Source: Takakia lepidozioides
Lineage: Eukaryota; Plantae; Bryophyta
Reading direction: 5' to 3'
NCBI GenBank assembly: GCA_030704615.1
Contig: CM060733.1
Coordinates: forward strand, 69,626,001-69,690,000
DNA length: 64,000 nt
Shown here: piece by piece, positions 35,961 through 49,955 of the stretch
How the letters are laid out: each line of letters starts with the position of its first letter
Numbering within the stretch: position 1 is the stretch's first letter
The notes under the pieces: generated by a model
Seen by the model: only the letters and a program-made list of their open reading frames with translations
The model's database searches: none
Told to the model about the DNA's origin: nothing
Position numbers and translations under genes: made by a program

Positions 35961-36596
35961 TGTCGTGCGCATACATATCACTACACAACTACATCGTTGT
36001 CCAAAACCACACAACACATGTGCACACCACACACTAGTATACCACTAGTCCACCACTAGTTCAGCCACTAGTCCAACCACTAGGCTACCACTATGCTACT
36101 ATGGCAGTCACTAGTCCACACAATAGATAAAGAACGAAGAATACAAGCACTAGCTCATGCGAGCTCACAAAGCTGAAGCATAAACTCATGCATATATAAA
36201 CTCATCACTCAAATACAAGTCAAGCCAAGTGCACCCACGCCATGGGGAATCCACACTACGGCGCCATAGCTAGGCGCAGTGAGGCTCAACTCGAGAAAGA
36301 TGAGCCTCCCGCGCTTGCCGTGAAGATAACCACTCTAGGGCCTAAATCTGCGTTGATCCCTGGATTGACACTTGGGCCAATCCCAAATGTCAATATGTAA
36401 AAGCTAGCTATTTCCTAACTAGTTTCACACTAGTGGTAAAATAACTTGACAGCTGTCGTGCGCATACATATCGCTACACAACTACATCGTTGTCCAAAAC
36501 CACACAACACATGTGCACACCACACACTAGTAAACCACTAGTCCAACCACTAGGCTACCACTATGCTGCCCACTATGGCAGTCACCAGTCCACACA
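35961..36596 (-). repeat. 3' LTR of copy B with terminal direct repeats (36454-36596 and 35961-36122)
   Basis: Begins TGTGTGG after the PPT and ends GCACGACA. The repeats contain CTAGTGG microrepeats. Confidence 0.8.
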
Positions 36597-39500
36597 ATCG
36601 CCCCCCTAGCTGGTGCTTAGGTCCCTCTAAGTCCAGGTAGCCACAAGATGTGATAGTGACCATAGCCTCACTAAGTCCTCCACCACTATCCCTACTACAC
36701 TCAAACTCGATAGATCAAGAGGCCGGGTGCAAGAGTTGCCCCATCGTTAGTCGCCGTCTTGCAACCTGTGAACTTGAGCTTGGGATCTCATGTATTGACT
36801 CCTATGAGCTTGGCCTCCCATGTCTTGTTAGCTGCCTCCAGTCATGTCCACTGCCACTATCCCGAGCAGTGTGGACACAACCAATCTCCGTCAGGAACCT
36901 TCTCAAGAGGTGGTGTCAAGCATCCCATATGCCAACCCCTTGAGCATCGATCACACACCAGCATGGTGGCTGCCCCTTTGGCAGACCCACAGAGCATGCA
37001 CCTCAAACCTGCAGGTACCACTGCCAAGTTTGGGTCAACTCTGCCATCGACATTGCGAAGGTGACATGACGCACAATTACGCACATGGTCCTTCCAAGTC
37101 ATGCCATCCCGACCCTCCAAGATCAGGACCCCTGAGGGCAACACCTCTCGAACCCTCAGAATAACATGTCCTGCAGTAACATCCAGAGTCGTAGGAGCAG
37201 TCTGCTGCAAATAAACATAGTCACCAGGGCTAGACCTCCGAACCCCAGGACGATATCCTCCACCACGTATAGTGGCATACCTCAACGTATCACGGTGCTG
37301 TGCAATGGCAAGGTTCTCAAAAGCCATGGGCATGACTTTCTTAAACAACTCTGCACGCTGATCACATGCACGTACCCACACGTCCGGATCGTCAAGGTTA
37401 AGAACTTGAGCAGTGTCCCTACGAATGGCTGCAGGTAAATCCGGCTCTTGGCCAAAGAGAAGGAAATATGGTGAGAAGGAGGCAAGTAATGCTTGTTTGC
37501 TGAACCTGTAGCCCATGACTAACCAAGGAACCTGAAGATCCCAATCTCCTAGGTGTCCCTTCTGCAAGCCATACTTGCGCAAACCCCTCTTCACCGTATG
37601 AACAACTCTCTCTGCTAAGCCATCGACCTCAGGATGATCCCGAGAAGTGGTGCGGTGGTCTATCAAGGCTTTATCACACAAAGCCTGAAACTGCCCCAAG
37701 AACTATCCCCCTTGGTCCGTGAGTACCTCAGCTGGAGCACCAAATCGGCTAAGCACACGATCCAAGAATGCATACACAGCCCCCTCACTAGCCTTGTCAG
37801 GCAATGGAACCAACTCAATCCACTTGGAGAAGTGCTCCACCATCACCAACACATATCTGTGGTGGCGCATAGTCAGTGGCAACGGTCTTACGAAGTCAAG
37901 ACTCCACCTGTAGCCCAATCCCATGATTGGTAAATGATGCAACTGTGGTGTAGGGGTATTGAATGAAGCATCACCCTGTGTCACACCATGCACCTAGCCA
38001 CGAACTGTTGCATCTTTGTATGCATACCACGCCACCAATACTGCCCTTGCAGTAAACTGTGAGTGCGTCGCACTCCAAAATGCCCCAACTCCTCATGGGC
38101 ATGCCGCACTAACCGTGCACGCTGTGTGGGGTGAGGCACAATCCTCACCCGATCATCCTCCCACACTCGAAGTAGGTGTATCCCCTCCCACTTGAACCTC
38201 TTGGCTCGTTGCAGGATCCGATCCCTCTCCCTGGCAGTCACATTGGCTGCCGTGTCTCCCGTGCAGAGGTAGTCCAAAACAGCCGAATCCTCATATATAT
38301 CTCTGGCACCACCTGGCTCATCACTAGCCTCAGGGTCCTCAGACACTCTGTCTACAGTCATCCCTGTTGTAGGTCCAACCTGACCTTCCGATGCCAAGAT
38401 ACACAAAAATGCAGATGTGTGCCATCCCGGCATCATCTCCTCGTCCGTCTCACCATGCTACCGAGCTCCAGTGTCATCCTGCTGGCTCATGCATGGATTG
38501 CGACTCAATCCATCCGCATCCCGATTGACCAAACCCGGTCGATGCACAACCTGAAAGTCATACTCCTGGAGTATAAGTGCCCACCGTGCAAGCTTCCACG
38601 TAAGCTTGTCTGACTCCATCAACCACTTGAGTGGCTGGTGATCCATGACAAGGGTGAAAAGATTGCCGTATAGATAGCACTTGAAGTGTGTCACGGCCCA
38701 CACTGCAGCTAATCACTCTCCCTCATATGAGCTGTACTTAGTCTCTGCAGCGTTGTTCGAGCGGCTAGCATAAGCTACTACAAACTCTCTTCCCTCATCA
38801 TCCACCTGTGTGAGCACCGTTCCAAGCCCCAGCATGCTCCAATCCGTATGCTGCTGAAAGGGACGCCCCCTGATAGGTCGTCTCAGGATAGGCGCCGAGG
38901 TCAACCTCGCCTTGAGCTCTTGAAAAGCTCGTTCTTGCACATCTTCCCACTGCCACTCCTGGTCCACCTTGGTCAGCTTGGTTAGAGCCTTTGCAATGGT
39001 ACTAAATCCCTTGACAAACCATCTATAATAGTTTGCCAACCCCATGAAAGCTCGAATTCGGCTCACATCCGTGGGGCGTGGAATTTGTGCAATGGCCTCT
39101 ACCTTATTCTGCTGTACCCCCAATTCTCCAGTATATATCATGTGACCCAGATACTCAATCTGGTTGTGGAAAAACTTGCACTTCCCCGGATGCAACTTCA
39201 ATCCGTGCGCTCTCAAGCGCTCTAATGCCACCTGAAGGTGTCTCTCATGCTCCTCCATCGTAACACTAAAGATGATGATGTCATCTATGTAGCACCAACA
39301 AAGTCCACCCCTGCTAGAATCCTATCCATGACTCTCTGAAACTCTGCAGGAGCATTCTTAAGCCCAAATGGTAAGAACCGCCACTGATATAGGCAATCCT
39401 TGCCGTGCTCATTGATCCCCCAGAATGCCGTCTTCTGCTTGTCCGCCTCCTTGATTGGCAACTGGTGATATCCGGATCGTAAATCCAAAGTGCTAAAGAC

Positions 39501-40836
39501 CTTAGCATGCCCGATGGCATCAAAGATCTCCTCTGGTGTTGGCATGGCATACTTATCGGACTTTGTCTGACGATTTACAGGCCGGTAATCACCGCACATA
39601 CGTCTCTCCGTCCAATTGCCATAGACATCCTTCTTGGCTGGCATCACTGTGGCTGAAGCATACTCTCCACCAGAGAGCTCCACCAAACCTGCCTCCCAGA
39701 GATCTTGAGTCCTCATCTGAATCAAAGACCTCTCCATGTCGCTGTATCTATAGGGTCTCCGAAAGATTGGCGTGTCAGTGGCCAACTCAATACAGATTCT
39801 CTTGACCCTTCAGTGCTCCCAAGTCCTTCAAACTGAAGGCAAAGCAATTCCTGTAAGCCCTCAGGAACCGCCGTATATGTCGTCTCTCTCCTCCGGTGAC
39901 AATGGGTCCAATGTCAGGCTCCCAATTGTCCTCCGTAACTGCAACCTTAAGTCCAGTGGGCTTAGAGGTAGAGGACGCGTCCAGTGGTTGTTATGTTGCA
40001 ACCTCTTGAGCAGTACTCCCTACCTGCTCAGTCAGTGACAAGGCCTCATCTTGCCCCATCATCTCATCCTCAAGGACTTCCTCCACCCGAGAAAAATCCC
40101 CAACCTCATCTTTCATCGCCACCTTGGCTGCCAACTCCCTCTGAACCTCGAGCACCTCCCACGTGTGCCATGGATGCCTGCACCCCGTGGTCCTCACATG
40201 CTCGCCCCCACTCACTGCCTGTACCGTCTTGGCAGGCAGAAAGACCATCGAGGGAAGTGTACTCCGCACTCTGCGTTGCTCAGCCATAGCCAAGCTGATA
40301 ATCCAGGTCAAGCAATTGAGATCTATTGCTTGCCCCAACACTTGACGACATGATGCCTCAGAAAGAAACGACACCGCCGTGGTACCAGTGGTAAAACCCA
40401 TTGCCCGCTCACGCTCGTCAGCATTAGGCTCCACTAACTGCTGCAACTGAGCATCCCACAGGAGGCCAGGTCCACTATCCCGGAATGCATGCGATCCTGG
40501 GAAGCTGAGCAGTGTAGGTAATGCTGCTCGTGGTTGACCAACCTTGTTGACCACTGCCAAAGGCGAACGGTCATCGTGTCTCACACGCTGAGACTGCCTC
40601 CTTGTGTCCAGAATGCTATCCACTGTGAGATGTGTTGGCCGCTGCACCCCATCAAATGCACGCTTGAGCAGTGCGGGTGACATCAAGTTAGTCCACCATA
40701 GTCGTGGACGATGAGCCCGTGACCCCACTGTAGCTGCATCTAGCAACACTGCTGACCCAAGCCACGACCGGACTTGATGCACACTGGCCATCACCCTGGC
40801 CCGAGAATCGCCCATCAGTGGCACATTCTCTAAGAT

Positions 40837-41532
40837 AGCTCGAAGAGTTGGACCTCTCTTCTTGGACGAGCTTGAAGAGGTTGCCTGATTCCATCGGAGC
40901 ATTGATTCATCTCCAAAAATTGGGGCTCAAGAACTGTACATCACTCAAAGGCCTGCCAAACTCCATTGGTAATCTTGCAAAGTTAAAATTCCTCTACTTT
41001 GAGGGTTGTTCCAACATACAAGTCGTGCCTCATTGTTAGGGGCTGTTAAAAGAGCTCGAAGTGTTGGACCTCTCTTCTTGTACGAGCTTGGAGAGGTTGT
41101 CTGATTCCATCGGAGCATTGATTCATCTCCAAAAATTGTGGCTCAAAAATTGTACAGCACTCAAAGGCCTGCCAGACTCCATTGGTAATCTTGCAAAGTT
41201 AAAAGGCCTCATCCTTGAGGGTTGTTCCAACATACAAGTCGTGCCTCATTGTTTGGGGCTGTTGAAAGAGCTCGAAGAGTTGGACCTTTCTTCTTGTACG
41301 AGCTTGGAGAGGTTGCCTGATTCCATCGGAGCATTGATTCATCTCCAAGGATTGTGGCTCATTAATTGTACATCACTCAAAGGCCTGCCAGACTCCATTG
41401 GTAATCTTGCAAAATTAAAAGTCCTCATCCTTGAGGGTTGGTCCAACATACAAGTCGTGCCTCATTGTTTGGGACTGTTGAAAGAGCTCGAAGAGTTGGA
41501 CCTCTCTTCTTGTACGAGCTTGGAGAGGTTGC
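40837..41532 (+). pseudogene. NLR-type leucine-rich repeat fragment (3.2 x 216-bp units) inserted antisense into copy B DNMT
   Basis: LEELDLSSCTSLERLPDSIGALIHLQ pattern. Units start at 40837, 41053, 41269 and 41485; each is three 24-aa LRRs. Confidence 0.92.
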
Positions 41533-43469
41533 ATGAAGCTGCAAGTGGCGCAAAACCCGCATCATCTCCCAAAACAGACCCGACCTCGAGTCTCGCAATC
41601 CATTGTCATGCCCGGCTGATGAATGCCCTTGGCAGGGCCAACCTGCCACTACCAGATCAATGGAGCCAACCCGCTCCAAATCTTGCGCCCCCAACAACGA
41701 AATGTCTGCTGGCAAGGCTTGCTAATATCCACGAATTGCAGACACCGACAACAACTCAGGGTACCGCTGCACCAACTGAGCAACATGGCGAAGTGAAACG
41801 CGTCGTGCAGTCTCATCCCTCTCCACATATAGGTAACGCCGAACTCGTACACCTGCCTGTAACACAGCAGCCAATCCGGTGTTGATCCCGCCAAACAAGT
41901 CCAGAAGACAAATGCCTTCATCCGGATACTGCCACACAATAGGTGTGGTGTCCAATGGAGACAACTGAGGTGGTCCTGGTGCAATCCCCGCACTCTCCTC
42001 CTCTCCTGACGGTACAAAAGCCTCTACCCATGCTTGTTGCACCCGTCGATCAGCATCCCGCTGCAAATCCTTGCTCGTGCCCCACAATGGAGTCTGAGCA
42101 ACCATGGTAGGCAACTCCGCCATACCATACATATCATCCTGCTCTCCCGGAGGTGGCACATCCTCTGAATGAGTGTTGCCTCAAGTAACTCTCTAAGCCA
42201 ACTCACTGCCGCTGTGAATGCTGTTAGTGTCGGCATCTTGCCTCGCTGGGCAACCGCAACTCCTATGAACGTCACAGGGAGCTGCACACGTCGGCCCTCC
42301 CCTGACTGCCATGCATGCCTATAGGAAGCTGACTCCTCCCAAAAATCCAGGGTGAAGCCCATGGGGTACAACACTGCCCCACCAACCAGGACATCGTATG
42401 AGACCACGTCTGTCACAATGGCCTTGGCTCGCATCACTGAGCCATCTGTAGGGTGATCCGGCCGTAGTCTGATAGCCAATTCACGCCGTGTCATGCCCCG
42501 AGCCTGCTCCGATCCTCCCAGAAACGTCTGTATCTGGAAAGGACAAGGCTCCATATCCGCCTCCGTGAGGCCCAAGCCTGCAATAGCAGCTCTGCCCAAC
42601 ATCAATGGCTGAGCTCCCGAGTCCAACAAGACCCGTAGTGGCCGGTACCTCTTGCTTGCCGGTCCACTCAAACAGAAAATGTCATCCTGGTTGTCTAACA
42701 TGACAACTCCAGGTGTCACCATGGCGCGCTTAATGGCTGGCCTAGCTGGCAACTCCATCAACCTGGCAGCTGCAGCTTGCCATGGCGCCGCCGTGGCAGT
42801 CTTGACCCTCAAATCCGAGGATCCCTCCAGCACTACACCTCCCACTATCTCTGCAGAAGATGAAGTAACCTCCCCACTCTCACAGAGTGTAGCTGCCAGC
42901 CTGAACACCTCAGCTGGTCTTATCCCCAGCATCGCAATCATGGTAGCCGAGAACAATGGAGCCTGGCACGTAGATGTGGCCGCTCCTAGCAACACACTAG
43001 CTGCCGTAGCCTTGGCAACACTAGGTAGTGGTGCTACCCGTGTAGCTCTCTCCAATGGCATAGTAACCTCCGCCTCGGTAACAGTCGGCCGAGAACTAGG
43101 TGCCATGGATGGCGTCGACACTGTCTCCGCCAATGTGAATGACTGAGGAAGCCTAGCCTGAGGGCTTGCCTCCCCACGCTGTGGATCCAACTCCACCTCT
43201 GCACCTCGTGGCTCAGGAACTCGTGCTGCTCCTTGAGTCACAGCTGCAGCAGACTCCACCTGCACTAGAGGTAGTGCTGCTCCACACATGAATCTCATGC
43301 ACGGTGCAATGACAAATGTGCTTTTAAAAGTTGTCACTCAGAGCTCACTCCGTATAGTTGGAGGCCATATCATTGCACCGCCGACGAATTGATGTGAATT
43401 ACACATTTCAAATCATGGTCGTCCACATATCACATTGCATAGTTGATGCTACCCATGTGTTGTATCCCG

Positions 43470-46400
43470 CTACAATAGAGTATCGACCTCGTTGAAACTC
43501 ATAGTGGCCTGGTGAATGAAGTTGTCACGTTTGGGATCGCAAACCATCATCTTCAAAAATATGAAATACAAATGTTTGCAGGATATGAATTTACCTCTCT
43601 TGCCCAAACTGGTTGATAACATATTCACAAAATCAGGACATGTGCAATTGGGGAAATTGGAAACCGTGATGTCGTAGGTCCTGTCATGAACAGCAGATGT
43701 GGAAGTGATGATTGTGAATACCCGACCATATCCTGGATCGGGTACTTCCGTGGTGCTTCCAACACGAGCTTGGAGCATTCTTGCAGACTCCACTTTGCCA
43801 AAGTGTTCAGCGGTTGGAGGGAAACGCCGAACGAGCTTTCCATCTCGTTTGGTTGGCCACAAGTCAGGATTTGCCGGGGGGACCCGGGAGGACGCAGAAG
43901 TAGTAGCACATGCATGGAGTTGGGGTTGTCTCGCAAGGGAAAAACCTACCTCCTCCAGCATTTCAATCTCCTGAAATATGAGATGTGTTCCCACCTTCAC
44001 AGGCCAAACAGTTGGAGGAGATGGCTTCATCACTACGGAAGGACGCACAGTTCCATGCACACATCTGGCACAATCATCTGCGCAGAACCAGAACTTGTGG
44101 TTCTTGGCTTCTGGTTGACCGTATGGACGCATCAAACCCGTGAAAGTCGGAGCAGGAGTTCGGGCACCACCTCTTGATATAGATGAAGTGCACTTCTCGA
44201 AATTAGTTGCCCTGATCGCTTTACATTTCACACGAGACCCTACACTTGTGCGTTCTATGTGCCAAACGTGGTCGAGGCATGCGGACTCAAGCACATTAAG
44301 GGGGTTGTTTCTCTCCTGCACCATTTCAGTGGCACTGTTTGATGCTGGAGCTTGCCGTCGTGTTGGAGGTTCCTCCACAATGGAGGTTCCGGACATGGAG
44401 CTGTCATGCAGGGGAACACGAGGCTTCGAGAAGTTATCACGGTCTGCCCTATGCGAATCGGAATCCGAACCAAGTGGAGTGTTCAATTTCCTCTTACAGG
44501 AGCCGAATCTCTCCTCCCCTTCAAGATGTGGAACTCTAGAAACAAGTGGCGTTCCCTGGGCATACATGCTCACCACTCGTGCTATCTTGATTGGATCCCC
44601 AGATCTGTTTGCAGCACGCAATATCAACTCCCATTTGTCCGGACCCTTGCCACCAACCCCACCTCGCAAGAAATCACGGTATCGGGTTTGTTGTTAGAAG
44701 GCACGTATCAAATCATCTGTTGTTGCCACATACAAATCCCGACCTCATTTCCCAGACTGCTGCAACCATGCGTTGTGCACAGTTTCTGCCAAATTGCAAG
44801 ATGACATGTCCGCCATTTTCTCTATAGACATGTTCTGCAAAGTGGAGAACCACACTTCAAAACAGTGAACAAAAAACAACATAAAGAAAGCGAGGACACA
44901 ATAAAATGGAAAGTAAATGTATGAATAAAGCAAAGAAATATAAGCCTCGTACCACTGGCATGGCTGCTCCCCACTGTCTATACCGGAAGTGCCAAAACGC
45001 CAGCCAATCTTCCAATGCTCTCATACTCTCAAGTGAATGCAGCTCCAGAAGAGAACCACTAGGCACGAATTGTCTGGAACAAAGTGTCCGCCTCCTTCAA
45101 AGTTCTAGCATCTTTGTACTCTTTGCACAATTTACGGTGTTGAGTCTGCATCTCTGGTTTGATGTCCGACTTTGTATGTTTTTCCAGAGATTGTGTCCAA
45201 TGGAATAGACATGTACGCTCTCTTCCTCGCATTGGCACTTTTGGGTCGCCCGATCCGAAGACAATACGAACAGCATTGAAATTTGCTTGAGCACTATCCG
45301 CCATGAAACCTGCGAAATTTGGAGATGGCAGCCCATGACACGTCTGGGATTCCGTATCCTCGGATTGCATGTCACAAACTGCAATTGTCATAACTCGTTG
45401 GTACACTGGATCGTACACATGACAAGCCATTGTCGTCCAATCCTTCACTCGTTTCACATGATCAAACATAAGAAAACAGTTCTGCAAGTCCCCAGTCTTC
45501 TGCATCCGCTTCACGAGGCTAACCCCACTGCCCTCCCCAACAGTCAACATTTTGAAAAGAAAAACTTTGATGGCACCTTGACCTGGGAATACATTGTCCT
45601 GGATGTAATCGTACTTGCTCACTCGTTTCAACTCCAAAATGTTGTCTATGTAGCCTCTGATACCAGAGCCCATTCTTAATGCATTGATCTGATGCCAAAT
45701 GTTAGGCGAACTCAAAGTGGAGAAATGATCCATGACCAGGTCCAATGCTGCACCGTCAAGTTTAGTCCCCACAGAATCCCCTTCACTCAAAATATGGCTT
45801 TCCAAGAAAGACTTGTTTGCGCCAAGAGCAATTGCAGATGTTGTTGCGGATGGGTTTCTCCCGAACTCCTGTTTAATCAAGCTCGATATTGTCTCAACAC
45901 TCTCCCTGTAATCCCCCTTCAAGACAGGATGGTTATGGAATCCGAAATGCACACAAGCTCTTGTCATTGTTTTCAAACGGTGGATAACATAGTACATTCT
46001 TGCTCCGCAGAGCGCCAAGCAGGATGACACAAGTTTGCAGAATTTGCAAACGAAAGTGTTTGCCGGTGGTGGGGCAGTCCCAGGCTGAAATGGATTTTCC
46101 GCCAGACCCTCCCATTTGTTTTGATTATGAACCCCAGACTGAAGAAAGTGTCTGCAATTCAAATTATCACACCTAAGGTGTCCATTGCAAATTGTTCTCC
46201 TGAGAACAAGCTTGTCATCATTCTGAATATTGGATGTTTTTGTTCTGCACCACGGGTGCCCGTCGTGTTTCTTGTCCATTCCATGCATCATGATTGTTAC
46301 ACCTCCAACTCGCGGAGAAGGAGGCAGCTCGAATAGGATATCGCCATCAAAAGTCTCTGGCAAGAACTTCACATGCACCTGCTTCAAAGATTCCTAATCA

Positions 46401-46933
46401 ATTCCTCGCAACTCACTTTTGAATCCAGCCATTCCTCCCATCGTCCGTAATTTTGAAATAACACTACAAATCTCTTCTTCATCAGCTTCTCCAACCACAG
46501 TAGGAAGGACTAGATTTGGAATTTCACTTATGTCATCATCGGACGAATCCGAAAGCTCAACGATTGGAGTGGAGGACGTCTGTTCTTTTTTCACCACCAC
46601 CTCCCTCTTGTCTTCAACGACCGAAGTAACAGTCCCGGGCGTCACATATGACCCAAGGGACTTTCGCCGAGGCTCTCCAAGTACTTTGTATCGACCAGGG
46701 CGCACTCTCCACTAGCTGACATGAGTCGTCTCATCACAGTTTTGGAAAGAGTATTTCAACAACTTCCCTTTCAAATCGTACACCTCTTTCTCCAAAAAGA
46801 TGGAGCCATTCTGAAGCTGAAAACGGGTAGCCAAGACATGTTCCAGAACAATTGCAAATCCATTGTCAAGGACTTCCTGGGAGAACGGCACTGGTTTGTC
46901 GTCAGAGAAGAACTCCGCTTCAGAGGAAGCCAT
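43470..46933 (-). mobile_element. Mutator-like (MULE) transposase with GCM-type DNA-binding domain and SWIM zinc finger, decayed
   Basis: GCM-like DGHPW..CNGHLRCDNLNC..CKFC..CGARMY..HFGFHNHP; catalytic region FMADSAQANFNAVRIVF..CLFHWTQS and CNLAETVH; SWIM CTCPDF..CKHLYF. Intron at ~44830-44950. In-frame stops at 45059 and 46394. Confidence 0.8.
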
Positions 46934-47601
46934 CTTCCTTCCTCGCGTACGTTGATACCTTGCTATCGTAGACCTTCAGTGTAAATCGGTTTACTGATGT
47001 CTCCAGAACACAATTGAAGAATGAGCAGAGAATATGGCGGAGGAAGCTCAAACGACGACTGTGCATATTCTGTTATTCCTTCCAGATATGCAGCCGTCCA
47101 TTTTAATTACTTTTCTTGTGGGCCCAGTGGTCAGAGTATCCCTAGGAGCAACGTCGGCAGCTGTTAAACCGTTAATCAGAACCTCATCAATAAACACAAT
47201 AACAAGCCGACTTCCTAGAAGCATGCCACAGGATCTGAGGGTGGGATTGCAGATTAAGTAAATGTATCTTTATACTACTACTAATGATCATGCGCACCTG
47301 GAAAGTTCAAAATGTGAAACGAACGTGGGGTTGGCTAACAAGGATGACCGTGTATGATATCCCAAAATTTGTCATCAAACTCTCGTTCATTTACATATAT
47401 TTGTCTAAGACTGTGCGCCAAGATTTCTAGGATTCGCTGTTATTTTTAAATATTGAAACCGTTCTAATAAAGAACACGTCGTTTATTTTGGGCGACACAC
47501 GTCAGACATCGATAACTGAATACAAACAGCTGTACACTAATTGCTGGCATGTGCACTAATAAGGGAACGACTATGTGTAACGGTCACGCGAGAGGGGCCG
47601 A

Positions 47602-47730
47602 TAGTGGGGCTGGTTAATGGCAGAAGGCTTTATTATGGCCATTAATGAATGGCTTCATGTAGGGACAAGCCTCTCTTGAGGGTAATCCTAGATTATGAAT
47701 ATCCAGAGGCATTTAAATGTACTAGAGAAA
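47602..47730 (+). repeat. Putative DNA-transposon terminus (TAGTGGG...), homolog of 33180-33303
   Basis: See 33180-33303. Followed by TCATCCA-rich subterminal-like sequence at 47890-48010. Confidence 0.55.
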
Positions 47731-49955
47731 ACGCCCCCTATGCCGCATTCCTTGGCGTAGAGGAATTTTGGGGGCAGATTTTGCGAGGCCCTCATTGGCT
47801 GCAGGCCATAATGAGCCCAATGTTTTTCTTAAGAAATTTGGAAAACAGCACGAGTGGCTACAGAGTTTTGCAGGAAATAGCCACTTCTTATGTTCATCCA
47901 CTATAATTCATCCACCTATGTGCCATCATCCATATATGTCATCCATATTTGGCGAATTCATCCATAATTTATTTTTTTTATTTGGAGAAATTAGGCGATT
48001 TCATCCATGAAAAAACAGTGGATTTGCGACAGAATATTCGATTTTATTTTTTGAGGTCCAAATCTGACGATTATTCGCCACTAAAAGAATGGCTGAAGGC
48101 GTGGAGAGCTGTTTGCGGGGAAACTTGCAAGTACAGTTTGGTGGGAGGCACATGTGAATGGATTGGCAATTACCATAGTTCTTCATCTGTCTCGGGCAAA
48201 AAAAGCTGTAGCGAATAGAGCGTGCGTGAGAAATGGGAAAAAACTTTTTTTTTACGCGACTTTGCGCAACACTCGCGCTAAAAAAAACGAATGAGCCATT
48301 AAAAATCAAACTGCCGATTATGGCAGTCAAACAGCCGATTAGGAATGCAGAATGCGCCATAGCCGTGGAGCGTCGATCTTCTGCATTTTAATTTGCCTAA
48401 AAAAAGGCAGAATCTGCCCCCAACCAGTTTTAAGCAATTCAAACAAGTGAAGAATATTGTATCCTTATAGAAGTTGGACCTGTCAATGCCCTCAAACCAC
48501 ATGGAGGCCAAGAATTGAACCCGCGTGGACAGGTGAGCTGTGATAGCTGGCAACGAGTGCAAGCAGGCGTGGGGCTAGGGCTGTGAGAGCAACATCCTGA
48601 CTTAGTAGGGTTTGCCCGCGGCCCGCCCTCTTGAGTTCAATATTTTTTCACCTAAACGCCCTTCCTCGGATGTAACCCGGCCTGGCGCGTTGGATTTCTG
48701 CCATGTGGCGGACTTCGACGGCCATTTCATATAAGAAGGGCCGGAATCCGTCCAGGCCTTGCCAACTAAGGCAGATTTCCTGTCTGTAATGAAATGGAAA
48801 GGCAAATATCCTTCCTAAAAGTAAGGCACCCGGTTGATTTCCGCTTCGGCCATTTTTTCCCTCGGATCCATTTCCTGAGGTTTCATATTTCATTCGGAAA
48901 TTCTGGAATTCAGTCGGCTAGCATGTAACTGGCTGCCGGTTCTCCCCGGACGTTGGTGTAGGGTAAGCAACCCAGGGCCGAGAACCAGTGAAGCAACGAG
49001 AGTGGGTTGCTTACCCTGCGTAAACAATTGGAAAAAAAAAAATGCCTTGCCAGGCTGTCGAGTGGCATTACAGAGTGTAAGCCACTGCACGACTGGCTTA
49101 CACTCCGTAACGCCACTCGCCAGCCTGGCACTTTATTCCACGAAATAAGCCCACTCGAAATACAAAGGAATTTTTTTTTAAATTGTTTACGTACATATAA
49201 ATCTCTCGAAATATTCTGAAACTTATCAGATTCCACGTGGCTATGAATCCTCCACGTCATCAAATACGTCTCTATTTAAGAACCGTCGATGGTGGAGCAT
49301 CTGATGGATAGTCCTCGATAAGCACTCGATAAGTAGATCTCCAGTTAAATTATTAAAGGATATATATTATGATGTAATTGGTGACGTACTGACTTCATCA
49401 ATGATGTCTGTTCATCCACATGCAAGTATCTGACTTCGGATGGGATATTTTGTTGGTATTATTTCTGTACGACTAGCTTCAGCTGTCTTTTGGACATTTA
49501 TGGACCAAAGGACAGGACGCGTGTCGCAAGGTGAAAGGTGAATACGGGCGCGTTATCCGCCAGTGGGAGGCTTCCACGCGAGGACAGGTTTGTAGTTTTG
49601 TGGACGCGTCTGTTTGCACGTAAAGATGGTGATAATGAAGAGCCAGAGACAGCGTGCCAATGAGCCTCGCCGCCATAGCTGCGGTGGGGAGCCGGCCACA
49701 GCTCTTGGCCGCCGTGGCTCTCTCTCTGTCTCTGCTTGTTGCTACTTTTCTCTTCAACAGCAGTGTTATAGTAGGTACACGCAAGGGCCCAGGAGGTACT
49801 TGCTGTCTTTATTACTGTGCCTGGTCATACTCTCACGACAGGAAAAGAGTCCCACATTCAAGTACTACTCCGACGCTTGCCTCTCTTATTGGATGCTCAA
49901 ATTGCGTAGGTACACATCGACCTATCCTCCTCGGGGCGGATTCAACTTGCCTACA

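Larger units (their letters stand above)
35961..43295 (-). mobile_element. Ty3/gypsy DNMT3-PHD retrotransposon, copy B (5' truncated in gag, decayed)
   Basis: Late gag/PR (VLLDSGAQPLMLG, ORF 42024-43337), DNMT (~40280-41920), RT (39285-39785), RNase H, IN with complete PHD ending GDWLCPHCSG* (36857), PPT and LTR. Confidence 0.95.

Noticed and set aside
41722-41724. Second readthrough stop inside DNMT
   Set aside because: The stops fall in different codons in A (GGA to TGA) and B (CAG to TAG), and neither context is CARYYA, so they look like independent decay.
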